The notes under the pieces are model-generated. The model saw only the letters and a list, made by a program, of their open reading frames with translations, made no database searches and was not told the DNA's origin. A DNA stretch of 64,000 nt from Candidatus Binataceae bacterium. Lineage in GTDB: Bacteria > Desulfobacterota > Binatia > Binatales > Binataceae. Location of the stretch: assembly GCA_030041155.1 (NCBI GenBank), contig JASHOJ010000187.1, forward strand, positions 1,446-65,445, written 5' to 3'. Positions 1 to 8,972 of the stretch are shown here, piece after piece. A program made the position numbers and the translations under genes. Numbering within the stretch: the stretch's first letter is position 1; each line of letters begins with the position of its first letter.

Positions 1-582
1 GGCGCGCAGACCTCCATCCAAGGACAGGGCAAATAGCGGAAGCAGCGCTGGACTCCGGCTCGCAGCGGATGCGGCGTAGAGTCGATCCTCATCTTCAGCA
101 GTGAGCGCCTTCCCGACATCCCGCCTCTCCTTAAGCCAATCGACATCTTCCGAGAGGGTGTGCCAGAGACGAAACGTTCTGAGAATTTGCCTGAGGACGC
201 CTATCTCGTAGTTCACGCTCCGAGGGCCGAGGCCTTCTTTGAGGCGCTTTCTCTGCAGTGCTCTGATGTCGGAGATGTCGATGTCGCATACCAGGCGATC
301 CTTGAATTCGACAGTCAAAGACTCAACATATTGCCTGTAATTCCGCAGCGTGCTTTCGCTTTTGCCGATCTTCGCTTCTATCCAATCCTTCGCGGCGACC
401 GGAAACAGCGGCGTGCGCTCCCTCTTTCCGATCCGGTTAATGCCAAGCTCAAGCTCACGCCGGCGAGCGCGTTCCGCCTCCTTCGCGACCGTTTTCGAGT
501 TTGTCTTTGCTGAATCGCGAATGACCTGGCCCTGAAACAGGAATTTGTACCAGTAGACCTGACCTCGTTTGTAAACGCTCAT
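1..582 (-). CDS. int: Tyrosine recombinase / phage-type integrase, N-terminal part (C-terminus lies beyond window start)
   Basis: Reverse-complement of 541-582 starts ATG AGC GTT TAC AAA CGA GGT = MSVYKRGQVYWYKF..., a classic integrase N-terminus (SAM-like domain). The frame stays open to position 1. It is absent from the ORF track because it is partial. Confidence 0.7.
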   Translation of the reverse strand, partial: MSVYKRGQVYWYKFLFQGQVIRDSAKTNSKTVAKEAERARRRELELGINRIGKRERTPLFPVAAKDWIEAKIGKSESTLRNYRQYVESLTVEFKDRLVCDIDISDIRALQRKRLKEGLGPRSVNYEIGVLRQILRTFRLWHTLSEDVDWLKERRDVGKALTAEDEDRLYAASAASRSPALLPLFALSLDGGLRA

Positions 583-612
583 ATGCGCTCTCGATCGAAG
601 CTGTGACGATCT

Positions 613-813
613 TCAGACGGCGCGCTCACTTGCCTCTGCCAAATAGCGACGAACTTCCTCATCGAGAAGTACCACTCTCCTTCCGAGGTGGGCGGCGCGC
701 AATCTACCGCGCTTTATTTCAAGCCGCAGAAAGGGGACGGACACGGTAAGACTCCGCGCGAGTTCTTCGAGCGTCCAACCAAGCTTTGAATCAATGTGAT
801 TGTTCGGCCTCAT
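613..813 (-). CDS. xis: Excisionase / AlpA-like (MerR-superfamily) DNA-binding protein
   Basis: Internal Met of ORF 613..891. 'LGWTLEELARSLTVSVPFLRLEIKRGRLRAAHLGRRVVLLDEEVRRYL' matches the helix-turn-helix of excisionase-family proteins. It sits next to int. Confidence 0.5.
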   Translation of the reverse strand: MRPNNHIDSKLGWTLEELARSLTVSVPFLRLEIKRGRLRAAHLGRRVVLLDEEVRRYLAEASERAV

Positions 814-887
814 ATCGTCACCTTTTAACTGAGCCGCGGCGGGGAAACGTCGGTCCGTCTTCCTCGCCGCAGCAACTCCTGAATAAA

Positions 888-1280
888 TCAAGCCGGAATC
901 TCGGCATCGCCGAGGACGGCTTGATCGGAGGACAGCTCGTCGGCACCTGCATGAGTCGGCGTCCCGAGAAATTGGACTCGCGCGGCTAGTATCTCAGTAC
1001 GCCGGCTCGTTGAACCGTTGCTTTCCCACTCTCGGGTCTGCAGGCGGCCCTCCACAAAAACCTGCCTACCCTTCTTGAGATACTCGTGGCAGGTGAGCGC
1101 GAGCTTTCCCACGACCACGACCCGGTGCCATTCGACCCGCTCCTGGCGCTTGCCATCTTTATCAACGTAGGCCTCGTCGGTGGCGACCGAGAGGTTGACG
1201 ACCGGCATGCCGGCGGGCGTGTAACGAATCTCGGGGTCTTGCCCAAGATGCCCGATGACCATAGCTTTGTTGAGCGACAT
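888..1280 (-). CDS. ssb: Single-stranded DNA-binding protein
   Basis: 'MSLNKAMVIGHLGQDPEIRYTPAG...' is a canonical SSB OB-fold N-terminus. Typical ICE accessory gene. Confidence 0.85.
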   Translation of the reverse strand: MSLNKAMVIGHLGQDPEIRYTPAGMPVVNLSVATDEAYVDKDGKRQERVEWHRVVVVGKLALTCHEYLKKGRQVFVEGRLQTREWESNGSTSRRTEILAARVQFLGTPTHAGADELSSDQAVLGDAEIPA

Positions 1281-1343
1281 GAGATTGACCTCCTGTTGTG
1301 CTCCGTGCCGGGGGTAGCGGCCTCGACACGGAGCTTTTGTTTA

Positions 1344-1532
1344 CTACTCTCTCGAAACCCTGCTCGCGTTCCACGTAGCGTCCTCGGCCGCCGCCTCGCC
1401 GTGCTCCTTCATCAGCTTCGTGAAACAGGTCCAATGGAACACCGCAGTGCTCGCCCAGAGGTGCGCCTTGAGATAGTTCTCGTCGGTCCTCACTTTCTGA
1501 CCACAACGGCCACAATTTCCCTGATACATCAT
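1344..1532 (-). CDS. Small zinc-ribbon protein (hypothetical)
   Basis: 62 aa with CGRCG...C/H motifs. In tandem with the next small Cys-rich ORF. Confidence 0.3.
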   Translation of the reverse strand: MMYQGNCGRCGQKVRTDENYLKAHLWASTAVFHWTCFTKLMKEHGEAAAEDATWNASRVSRE

Positions 1533-1542
1533 CCTTCACTCC

Positions 1543-1758
1543 CTACATCGAAGTATTGTTCTCCTCGTCGAACGCTTGCGATGAAAACTCTTGGCTCGCC
1601 GCCTTACCGCACTCCTCGCCTTCGCAGTAAAGCGAACGATCTTCGGGAAAGTAGAAGGCACGCTCGCCGGTATGAATCGGGCGTTTGCAGCGCACGCACT
1701 CGCCCTCGAACCTGACGTTGATCCAACGCGGATCGCACTTGTAACGAGGCATCGTCAT
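1543..1758 (-). CDS. Small zinc-ribbon protein (hypothetical)
   Basis: Internal Met 'MTMPRYKCDPRW...CVRCKRPIH...YCEGEECGK' (71 aa), four-Cys ribbon. Upstream part of track ORF 1543..1998 is R/P-rich and unlikely to be coding. Confidence 0.3.
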   Translation of the reverse strand: MTMPRYKCDPRWINVRFEGECVRCKRPIHTGERAFYFPEDRSLYCEGEECGKAASQEFSSQAFDEENNTSM

Positions 1759-2025
1759 CTCTCCTTTCGCGCCCGCTTGCCGTAGGCCAGGGCGCAGATG
1801 GCTTGGGCATGGATACCCAGCGCCATCTTTCCCCGCCGCCCTTCTCAGCCGAATCTGGAAGGGCGACGGCGGAAAGGAATTCGATGTGGCGCGCAGCGCC
1901 ACCACCAATGAGCGGTGGCGAAGCCGTGCAATTCCGGCGTGACCGAGCGGAGCGGTCCAGATAGACGGGCGCGACGGAATTGAGCGTAGCCGGCGCAAGG
2001 GGAGGCGTGGTTGCTGGTATCGCTT

Positions 2026-2751
2026 TCATGGCGTTAGCTCCGCACGCCCCGGCGCTGACTCGATTCGGCGCCGATTGTGACGGTCGTGTTTTTTGAAGAG
2101 CCGCAGGCAACGTCGGCAGAGTCCGTTCAGATAGCTCGCGAGCGAGTCTGTGAATGCATCGTCCTGCTCCTCCAGCAACTGCGAGCGAATAGCATGAATC
2201 TCGGGATGGGTTGTGCTCCACGTGTAGCTGTTGGCGGCATAATCGACGGCCGCGATCGCTGTGTGGTCGTAGAGCGGGTTGAGGGCGCGCACAAACGGAG
2301 CGGGAAAGATCAGCCCAATGCTGTTCCCTCGCCTGGCCTGCGGTCTGACTTGGCTGAGCACAAACGAGCGCTCGACGCCGCTGCCCAGTCTTAGTCGCAC
2401 GATGCTTCTGATGATTGGCTGCGTTTCCCTGCCGACGATCGGGTCGCACGGTCCTAGCCGTGGATCGTCCTTTTCCGACCAGATTTTGATGTGAGCCGAG
2501 TGCGCCGCGTCTTGATGGGTGCGGATCTCCAGGAGGGTTCCATTCACGTAGCTGAACGGGACACTCAGGCACCGCTGACGCTCGATCAGGCCGAGAAGAT
2601 GGACTTCGTATTTGAAGGTAAATGAGCGCAGTTCCCCAGCTCGTGGGTACTCGGCCGCCGGCCGACTCGCGGGTCTGAACGCAGGAGATCCGCAAATGCA
2701 GCAGATTTGTTGATCGATCATCCGTGAACCACAACGAGTGCAAAACTTCAT
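2026..2751 (-). CDS. Hypothetical protein with N-terminal zinc ribbon
   Basis: 'MKFCTRCGSRMIDQQICCICGS' N-terminus. 241 aa, directly downstream of the relaxase gene. No family recognised. Confidence 0.4.
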   Translation of the reverse strand: MKFCTRCGSRMIDQQICCICGSPAFRPASRPAAEYPRAGELRSFTFKYEVHLLGLIERQRCLSVPFSYVNGTLLEIRTHQDAAHSAHIKIWSEKDDPRLGPCDPIVGRETQPIIRSIVRLRLGSGVERSFVLSQVRPQARRGNSIGLIFPAPFVRALNPLYDHTAIAAVDYAANSYTWSTTHPEIHAIRSQLLEEQDDAFTDSLASYLNGLCRRCLRLFKKHDRHNRRRIESAPGRAELTP

Positions 2752-2769
2752 TGCGTTTTCCTCCTTGCC

Positions 2770-5553
2770 TCACCAACTGATTCCGCGGCTGCGCTTGACC
2801 TTTTGCTCCGGCCGGATGCCCTGCTTGAGTCGGGCGGCGAACGGGTCTTCGATGTCGATCGGCCTGAACCTCGGCAAGGATCGTCGCTGGGCGGGCGAAA
2901 GATGTTCGAGTGCGGTCGCCTTTAACTGCTCGCGTCCTACTGCGCGGGCCAGCGCTTCGGCACTGTCCGTGTAGATGCGAGCGTCATGTCTCGCGCGGCT
3001 GAGCGAGACGTAGAACTGTCGGCGATTTACCAACCGGACGCCGCGCTCGGTGTCGACGTTGACGATGACACGATCCACGGTCGCGCCCTGAGCAGCGTGC
3101 GAAGTCGACGCGTAGCCGTAGTCGATGTGGCGAAGCCGCGAGCTGGCCGCGGCTATTTCGCGACCCCTGTCGGTGCGGAGGCGAGTTTGAGCGGCGTCGA
3201 TCGCGACGACCGTAGCGAACTGGCCGTTGGCGACCCCGAGCGCCCGGTCCGGCGCGCGAAACTGAATTCGGTCTCCGACGGCAAGCGTACGCGCCTCGGA
3301 GCGGAAGACCTCGATACCCCGCAGGCGGCCAGGACGGTACTCGACGGTCTCACCACTCTCGGTTCTAAGTTTCAGGATGTTGCGCTTGGGATCCGACGCC
3401 TCGACCCTGGAATAGCTGCCGGAGGCGATGCCCAGCTTCGAGCTGCCACGACGAAAGCGAAGCACGTCGCCCACAGCGTAATGGCGCGCATGCCCCCGCT
3501 GCGCGCGGGTCAGATCGAGATTCGACAGCGTGGCGACTTCGATACCCTCACGCGCGATCGCACCACGCCCGACCAGCAGCTCGCGGATGACGCGGTTAAG
3601 CTCGGTGCGCTCCTCGATGGCGGGACTCACAACCAGAGTCGTTTGTCCGGCCCGATGCGAAACCAGATAGTCCTCCGCGATTGCACGGTAGCGGTCGGTG
3701 GCCTGAGGTATCTCGTGGATGCGCGACTGCTGGGAAAGCGCGGCGACGCTCTCGGCAAGCTTTCCAGCCGCCGCAAGCTCAACAGCTTCGCGCAACGCTG
3801 GATCGCGCTGGCGGCGAATCGCGGTAAGCGACGCGACCGTCATTCCCGCCTGCCGCATTTGAAAGAGCGGACGGCCCGCTTCGATTGCATGATGCTGCCG
3901 CTCGTCGCCGACGAAGACTATGCGTTCAACGCCTATTTCTCTGGCGAGATGGAGCAGCCGATTCACCTGGCGGGTGGCGAGCAGGCTCGACTCGTCGACG
4001 ATCCACAATTCCTTGCCCTGCCTTTCAGGCTTCGGATTTTCCAGTAGGCTCGCCACGGTGCGCGCCAGCACACCCGCCTCGTTCAGAGACTTGACGCTGC
4101 CGCTCGTTGGTCCGAAGCCGCGCACGAGGTAGCCGCGTTCTTCGGCCAGTTTGCGGATCGAGCCGACCGTGGTGGTCTTGGCGGCACCGGCGCGTCCTTC
4201 GAGTGCGCTCATCCAGTCACGAGTCGAGAGGGTCGTTTGGGCGACAAGAACCTGGTCGGCTGCGAGACCACGGCGCACAGCCCAGCGCTTCACCTCGTCG
4301 GCGCTCGCAATTGGTTCCGATCTGCCCCGGCCTTCGTGCATAAGCGCGATGTTGTCGCGCTCAAGCACTGCCATCTGCGGTGTGGTGAACGCTCCGATCG
4401 GATGACGATGGTTTGGTGCCAGATCGATTAGCCTGCCATCATTTCTGTGGGCCTCGATGGCGGCACGCACGCCATCTAGTACGCTGCCACCCATCGCGTG
4501 CTGGAGAGTGAAAGTCTCGAGCTCGCGCCGATCCGGCGCGGCGTCGCGCTCAATCGCATGCGCGGTTGCGTGGCGTACCGCCTCACCGAGCTCGGCCTCA
4601 CCTACTTTGGGCACGATCGATTTGCGGTTGAGGGCCGCTTCGGCGAGGCGCGCGAAAGGAATTTCGTAAGCCCCTGCGCGCTCGCGCCATTCAGCCTTGA
4701 GGGCCTGCTCGTCGCGCTGGTCTTTCGAGAGACGCGAGCGATGCGCGGCGATCTGTGCGGCGCTGGCGCCGTTAATGCCGAGCTTAGCAAGCTCGCGCTC
4801 GATCTCCTGGCGACGCAAGGAGAAAGCCATCACCTGCTCGCGTGCGTAACCTTCAAGCTCCCAGCGTCCGTCGCTTCCGGCGATGGTGATCGGGTAGCCC
4901 AGCCTCTGAACTGCGCGCGCGAATTCGGCGCGGTAGACGGCGGTGGCGAATGCTTGCGAGCGGTAGATTTCGACCGGATCGAGTCCGCGCCATGCGCCAT
5001 CTGGACGGCGCGTCATGTTCATCACCACAACGTGGGTATGCAGGTGCGGGTCAGGGCCGTATCCATCATTGGTGGCATCTTCCGTCGGCCTGGCCGCGAT
5101 ATGATCGAAGCGGGCAGCGACAACCTTGCCCGTCGTCACCCACTCCTGACCGCGATGCATGCGCGCCTGGGCAAACCGCTCGAGTTCCTGAAGAGCCGTT
5201 TCGACGGCGCGGCGATGCGCTCCGATGAGGCGTGAATCGTCGCCGACCAGCGCCTGTACGCTCACTGATTTGGGAGCGTTGAAGGTCGCGTCCCAACCTG
5301 CGCGCTTTTGTTCACCCTCGCGCTGCGCCGCCTGGACGATAATCTCGCCGCTCCTCGGGTCGAGGCCGTTTAGCACCGCGCGAAAATTCGCGGTATCGAT
5401 GTCGCCCGCGAGCCCCAGCTCCGCCGCGCCCTTACCGAACCAGCGTCCGATCACGCGCTGCTTCTCGGTGTAGTAGTCGTCGCGGCTGTACTTCTCTTCG
5501 TAGTAGGTCTCGGCCTGACCCGCGCTGAGGGCGCCTTTTGACATCACCAACAT
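2770..5553 (-). CDS. traI: Conjugative relaxase/helicase, TrwC/TraI (MobF) family
   Basis: N-terminal TrwC relaxase domain (..YYTEKQRVIGRWFGKGAAELGL.., HTHVVVMNMT histidine triad). C-terminal RecD-like helicase ('GRAGAAKTTTV' Walker A, 'WIVDESSLL' Walker B). 927 aa. Confidence 0.9.
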   Translation of the reverse strand: MLVMSKGALSAGQAETYYEEKYSRDDYYTEKQRVIGRWFGKGAAELGLAGDIDTANFRAVLNGLDPRSGEIIVQAAQREGEQKRAGWDATFNAPKSVSVQALVGDDSRLIGAHRRAVETALQELERFAQARMHRGQEWVTTGKVVAARFDHIAARPTEDATNDGYGPDPHLHTHVVVMNMTRRPDGAWRGLDPVEIYRSQAFATAVYRAEFARAVQRLGYPITIAGSDGRWELEGYAREQVMAFSLRRQEIERELAKLGINGASAAQIAAHRSRLSKDQRDEQALKAEWRERAGAYEIPFARLAEAALNRKSIVPKVGEAELGEAVRHATAHAIERDAAPDRRELETFTLQHAMGGSVLDGVRAAIEAHRNDGRLIDLAPNHRHPIGAFTTPQMAVLERDNIALMHEGRGRSEPIASADEVKRWAVRRGLAADQVLVAQTTLSTRDWMSALEGRAGAAKTTTVGSIRKLAEERGYLVRGFGPTSGSVKSLNEAGVLARTVASLLENPKPERQGKELWIVDESSLLATRQVNRLLHLAREIGVERIVFVGDERQHHAIEAGRPLFQMRQAGMTVASLTAIRRQRDPALREAVELAAAGKLAESVAALSQQSRIHEIPQATDRYRAIAEDYLVSHRAGQTTLVVSPAIEERTELNRVIRELLVGRGAIAREGIEVATLSNLDLTRAQRGHARHYAVGDVLRFRRGSSKLGIASGSYSRVEASDPKRNILKLRTESGETVEYRPGRLRGIEVFRSEARTLAVGDRIQFRAPDRALGVANGQFATVVAIDAAQTRLRTDRGREIAAASSRLRHIDYGYASTSHAAQGATVDRVIVNVDTERGVRLVNRRQFYVSLSRARHDARIYTDSAEALARAVGREQLKATALEHLSPAQRRSLPRFRPIDIEDPFAARLKQGIRPEQKVKRSRGISW

Positions 5554-5556
5554 GGC

Positions 5557-7425
5557 CTAATCCCACCCTCCGAGAGCCGAGTCTTGTTGTGCTTGTACAT
5601 TCAGCGTCGTGACAGGCTTGGTAGGGTTTCTCTCCGGAGAAACCACGGCTTCGGTGTCTCGTCGCAGAACAAAGGCTGGAGCCGTTCTCTTGGGCTCCGT
5701 CCATTGCAGTGCTACGCGAGCGCGGTCATATCCGGCGATGCACAGGTAGCCTTCGAGAGGTGGAAGTTTCTGGATCTCTGCGGGCAAGACCACTCGCTCC
5801 AGCGTCTGATGAGGTTGCAAGTTAAAGCCGTCGCGATAGAGCGAGGGTCCAGTTAGCGTGGTCATTTGGAGGCGAATCACCTCGCGCTGACCCAGCGTGC
5901 GGCTGGCCCACTCTGCGGTCTCGGCCTCGTCTGACCGCAGAATCAGTTTGGTCGCCGGCGCCGAGAGCAGCGTCACGGTGCGGTCACGTCCGTAGATCGA
6001 CTGAAGCTGCGAGATCGCCTGAAAGCCGAATACCACACAGAGGCCACGCTTGCGCCCGCGTACGACGAGGTTTTCGAGCTGACCCTGATAGTCGAGCGCG
6101 CCCAGCTCGTCGATCACGATCCAGACCTGCTCGCGCGCGCCGTCAAGCTCGGCGGCCAGAAGCTGGCGCACTAGACAGTCGAGCCACACGTTCTGGAGCG
6201 GGAGCGCCGCTGCCCGAGAATCCTCGGTCGAAGTCAGGAACAGCCAACCCCGTCGCTGCCGTACCCATTCAACGGCGCTCCATCTGGTACGACCGGGCAC
6301 CTCGGGCGGCAGGTAGCACAGCGGATTGGTCGCGTTGGTTGCCATCGCGACTATCCCAGCGCCTTGGTCGTGTGCACCTGGATCAATGAGCGCTTCCGCC
6401 GGCGTTCCGGCTAGGGCTTTCTTGAGCTGTTCGCGCGGCAACGTCAGCAGTTGAGTAATCGTTTTCGCGGTTTGTGGCTTGGCAGTCTCCAAAATGCTGA
6501 CCAGCGTGGTGCGCCCCGAGCGACGAAAGAACCGGTCGGCGCCGCTCTGGGCGAAGCTGTTCGGCACGTCCGGGATGAGTGACTGCGCCAGCGCCTCGGC
6601 GTCCATGCAAAAACTTTCCGCTCTCAGCTCAGCCCAGGGCGACCACGACGGGCAGCGGTCATCAAGCGGGTTCAGAACCGCGTCGCCACGTTCTGGCCGA
6701 TAGAATTCCGAAATGTATTCGGCGTCGGGATCGAGCACGACGCCAATCCCGCCGCGCGCCTCTATCTGGCGCAGCATCTGGCGAATGCAGTTCGACTTGC
6801 CCGAGCCGGTTTTGCCTGTAAGCGCAAAATGTTGCGGCTCCAGGTCTGCGGGGATCGACACGTTTGCGATATGGATTGGTCGCACGCCGCTTCCGCTCGT
6901 CGATCGTCGAAGCATCGGGATACGCAATGCTCCGCGCGCGGCAGCATTCTCCATTGCACCACTCAATTCCCGACTGCTGATAAGCTGCAGGCCGCGCACG
7001 AGGTGCGCATCGGTGCTCTTGCGACGAAGCAGCATGACGGCCGCCACGGTGATCAGCAGGGGAGCGACCGCGCCGTAGCGCATATAGTGGACCAGCCATT
7101 CGCCGAACGAGTGCTGATAGAAATGCCTGGCGTTGAGAAACGGATAGAGCACCTCAACCGGATAGCGCCGCTCCATATAGGGCAGTGTCGGATGAAGGAA
7201 CGGGATGCTCAGCTTCGTGAGCAGCCAGGCTGCGAACCACTGCACGAAGAGTTGATGGCCGAAGCTCGGGAAATAACGTCCAGTCCAGAACCAGACGAGT
7301 TCGAGCGTTGTCGCCAGCCATGAAAAGAGGCAGAGCTTAAGCCAGACGATGACGAAGCGCGCGTTCATCCGCGCGCCGGTAGCGTAAGCCTGCCAGCTTG
7401 CAGCCTGTCGTCCGCCCGACCACAT
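5557..7425 (-). CDS. traG: Type IV coupling protein (TraG/TraD/VirD4 family)
   Basis: N-terminal TM helices. 'TGKTGSGKSNCIRQM' Walker A and 'VWIVIDELG' Walker B. 622 aa, directly upstream of the relaxase. Confidence 0.85.
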   Translation of the reverse strand: MWSGGRQAASWQAYATGARMNARFVIVWLKLCLFSWLATTLELVWFWTGRYFPSFGHQLFVQWFAAWLLTKLSIPFLHPTLPYMERRYPVEVLYPFLNARHFYQHSFGEWLVHYMRYGAVAPLLITVAAVMLLRRKSTDAHLVRGLQLISSRELSGAMENAAARGALRIPMLRRSTSGSGVRPIHIANVSIPADLEPQHFALTGKTGSGKSNCIRQMLRQIEARGGIGVVLDPDAEYISEFYRPERGDAVLNPLDDRCPSWSPWAELRAESFCMDAEALAQSLIPDVPNSFAQSGADRFFRRSGRTTLVSILETAKPQTAKTITQLLTLPREQLKKALAGTPAEALIDPGAHDQGAGIVAMATNATNPLCYLPPEVPGRTRWSAVEWVRQRRGWLFLTSTEDSRAAALPLQNVWLDCLVRQLLAAELDGAREQVWIVIDELGALDYQGQLENLVVRGRKRGLCVVFGFQAISQLQSIYGRDRTVTLLSAPATKLILRSDEAETAEWASRTLGQREVIRLQMTTLTGPSLYRDGFNLQPHQTLERVVLPAEIQKLPPLEGYLCIAGYDRARVALQWTEPKRTAPAFVLRRDTEAVVSPERNPTKPVTTLNVQAQQDSALGGWD

Positions 7426-7431
7426 AGCCTG

Positions 7432-7872
7432 CTACTCGCGCCGCCCTTCGCTGTTGGCTTTCGCCGGGCTCTGCCGACGATCAATTTCTGCGTCGAGGCG
7501 GCCAAGATAATCGGTGGCGTCCTTGCGCGAGAGCTGCTGTATTTCCTTCAGCTTCGGACGATCGAGTCCGAAGGTCTCGCTCTGTTCGACCATGTTGTAA
7601 AGCGAGGACCGAGTGCGCGAGATCTCATAGACGGTGTGGCGGAAGCGATCCTCAATCAGGTCGCGAATCCCCCGAATCAACTCCGGCTGCTCGTTCGCTG
7701 CGCTATAGTGTTCGCACACGATCGACCGCACGATCTCGGTCGGACTGACTTCGCGCTCTCGTGCGTCGGTTTCGACGCGAGTTGCGATTTCCGGAGCGAG
7801 TCGCACCAGTACCGCTCGCGGCTGCTCGCTGGTCTCATTGATATCGGCTGATATCTTTTTGTTTTCGGGCAT
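7432..7872 (-). CDS. Putative relaxosome accessory / ribbon-helix-helix-like protein (hypothetical)
   Basis: Internal Met 'MPENKK...'. The segment 'REVSPTEIVRSIVCEHY' resembles CopG/RHH accessory proteins. Position between the coupling protein and traF. Confidence 0.3.
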   Translation of the reverse strand: MPENKKISADINETSEQPRAVLVRLAPEIATRVETDAREREVSPTEIVRSIVCEHYSAANEQPELIRGIRDLIEDRFRHTVYEISRTRSSLYNMVEQSETFGLDRPKLKEIQQLSRKDATDYLGRLDAEIDRRQSPAKANSEGRRE

Positions 7873-8041
7873 TTTCCTCTCCTCCAACTCCTCTTCTGAT
7901 ATCCGTGATAGCGTCCGGATTCCGGGCCCTTTCTGCGAGATTTCCTTCATCGAGGGGATGAGTGACGTGTCAAAGCCTGAAACGCGCGAAGCGCGTCAAC
8001 GGACCTAACGCCACATCTCATACCTGTGGACATGCAGGACC

Positions 8042-8302
8042 TCATCGCATTTCTGAATGGGCAGGGCCGCCGTTCATGTCCGCAACGCTGTTGGAATGGC
8101 GCTTGAGCCACGACTGGAACTTGCGGTCGGACTCCACGAAGTTGCGGACGATCTCGACAATGATTCTGCGGATGCCGATGGCGTCACCGTGGATGTGCTG
8201 GTAGTAGGTGGCGTATCCGTCCAATTCAGCCTTGAGCTTGCCGGGCAAGGTGACGTTGACCTGCGCTGACTTCAGCTGCTGCTCGACTTTGTTGAGCCTC
8301 AT
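8042..8302 (-). CDS. Small conserved ICE protein (DUF2274-like, putative)
   Basis: 86 aa. Position between trbI/traF and traG matches the small conserved ORF of Tn4371-like ICEs. Family assignment is from memory, not a search. Confidence 0.35.
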   Translation of the reverse strand: MRLNKVEQQLKSAQVNVTLPGKLKAELDGYATYYQHIHGDAIGIRRIIVEIVRNFVESDRKFQSWLKRHSNSVADMNGGPAHSEMR

Positions 8303-8972
8303 GGAAACCTCCTGATTGACTTCTGAGTTCGCGTGGAGAGATGAACCGAGCGTAAGCGCTATTCACGATGGCCATCGCAATCAGCATGGCGATGGCCGCG
8401 ATAAACACGATGTAAGCAAAGAGCAGCGCCTGCGAGACCGCTGGGCTTGACCAGACGATGACTGGAATCAGCTGCGAGATGACACTGCTGATCGCAACCG
8501 GACCGAAGTACCGGCTGTCGATCCCGCGCGGATGTTGGGACAAGACCCAGACCTGTCGGGTGCGGACGCGATAATTTCCAAACTGATAGTGCTGGAGGGG
8601 TTGCCCTTCCGCATCACGGTCTAGCGGCGCACTGTCGGGCCAGAGTGTTCCGTCGATGCGTACGCCATGCGCTCCGAGCTGCACCACATCCCCAGCGACT
8701 GCAGCGACGCGTTTGATCAGCGGGATATTGGCGGGGGCATACCGACGGAGGACCAACGCCGTCGGACCTGTAGGCTGCTTCAACCACACCAGGGCTCCGC
8801 GCTCGGCGCCACCCGGGGCAAGGCGGTAGATACCGACCGGCTCGCTTGGCGTCAGATTGAGGCAATACCCGAGCGCTGCTGGCAGCCGATAGCCGATCAG
8901 ACCCGTACCTAGGAGCACGGCGTAGCCTACGGCAACGGTTACGATGCGGAGTGTCCAGCAGCGTTTCTTCAT
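8226..8972 (-). CDS. traF: Conjugal transfer signal peptidase TraF (S26 family)
   Basis: 'LIKRVAAVAGDVVQ' signal-peptidase I-like motif with an N-terminal TM helix. Start overlaps the trbI stop. The ORF runs ~70 aa longer than typical TraF and overlaps 8042..8302. Confidence 0.7.
   Translation of the reverse strand: MKKRCWTLRIVTVAVGYAVLLGTGLIGYRLPAALGYCLNLTPSEPVGIYRLAPGGAERGALVWLKQPTGPTALVLRRYAPANIPLIKRVAAVAGDVVQLGAHGVRIDGTLWPDSAPLDRDAEGQPLQHYQFGNYRVRTRQVWVLSQHPRGIDSRYFGPVAISSVISQLIPVIVWSSPAVSQALLFAYIVFIAAIAMLIAMAIVNSAYARFISPRELRSQSGGFHEAQQSRAAAEVSAGQRHLARQAQG

Noticed and set aside
160-535. Plus-strand ORFs 160..513 and 350..535
   Set aside because: They lie antisense to the clearly integrase-like minus-strand frame. 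The composition is R/L-rich, with no recognisable domain.
1604-2776. 390-aa minus-strand ORF
   Set aside because: Arg/Ala/Pro-rich translation typical of an out-of-frame high-GC artefact. It overlaps the better-supported ORF 2026..2751.
2986-5235. Several 200-350-aa plus-strand ORFs
   Set aside because: Antisense to the TrwC/TraI relaxase gene. No motifs.
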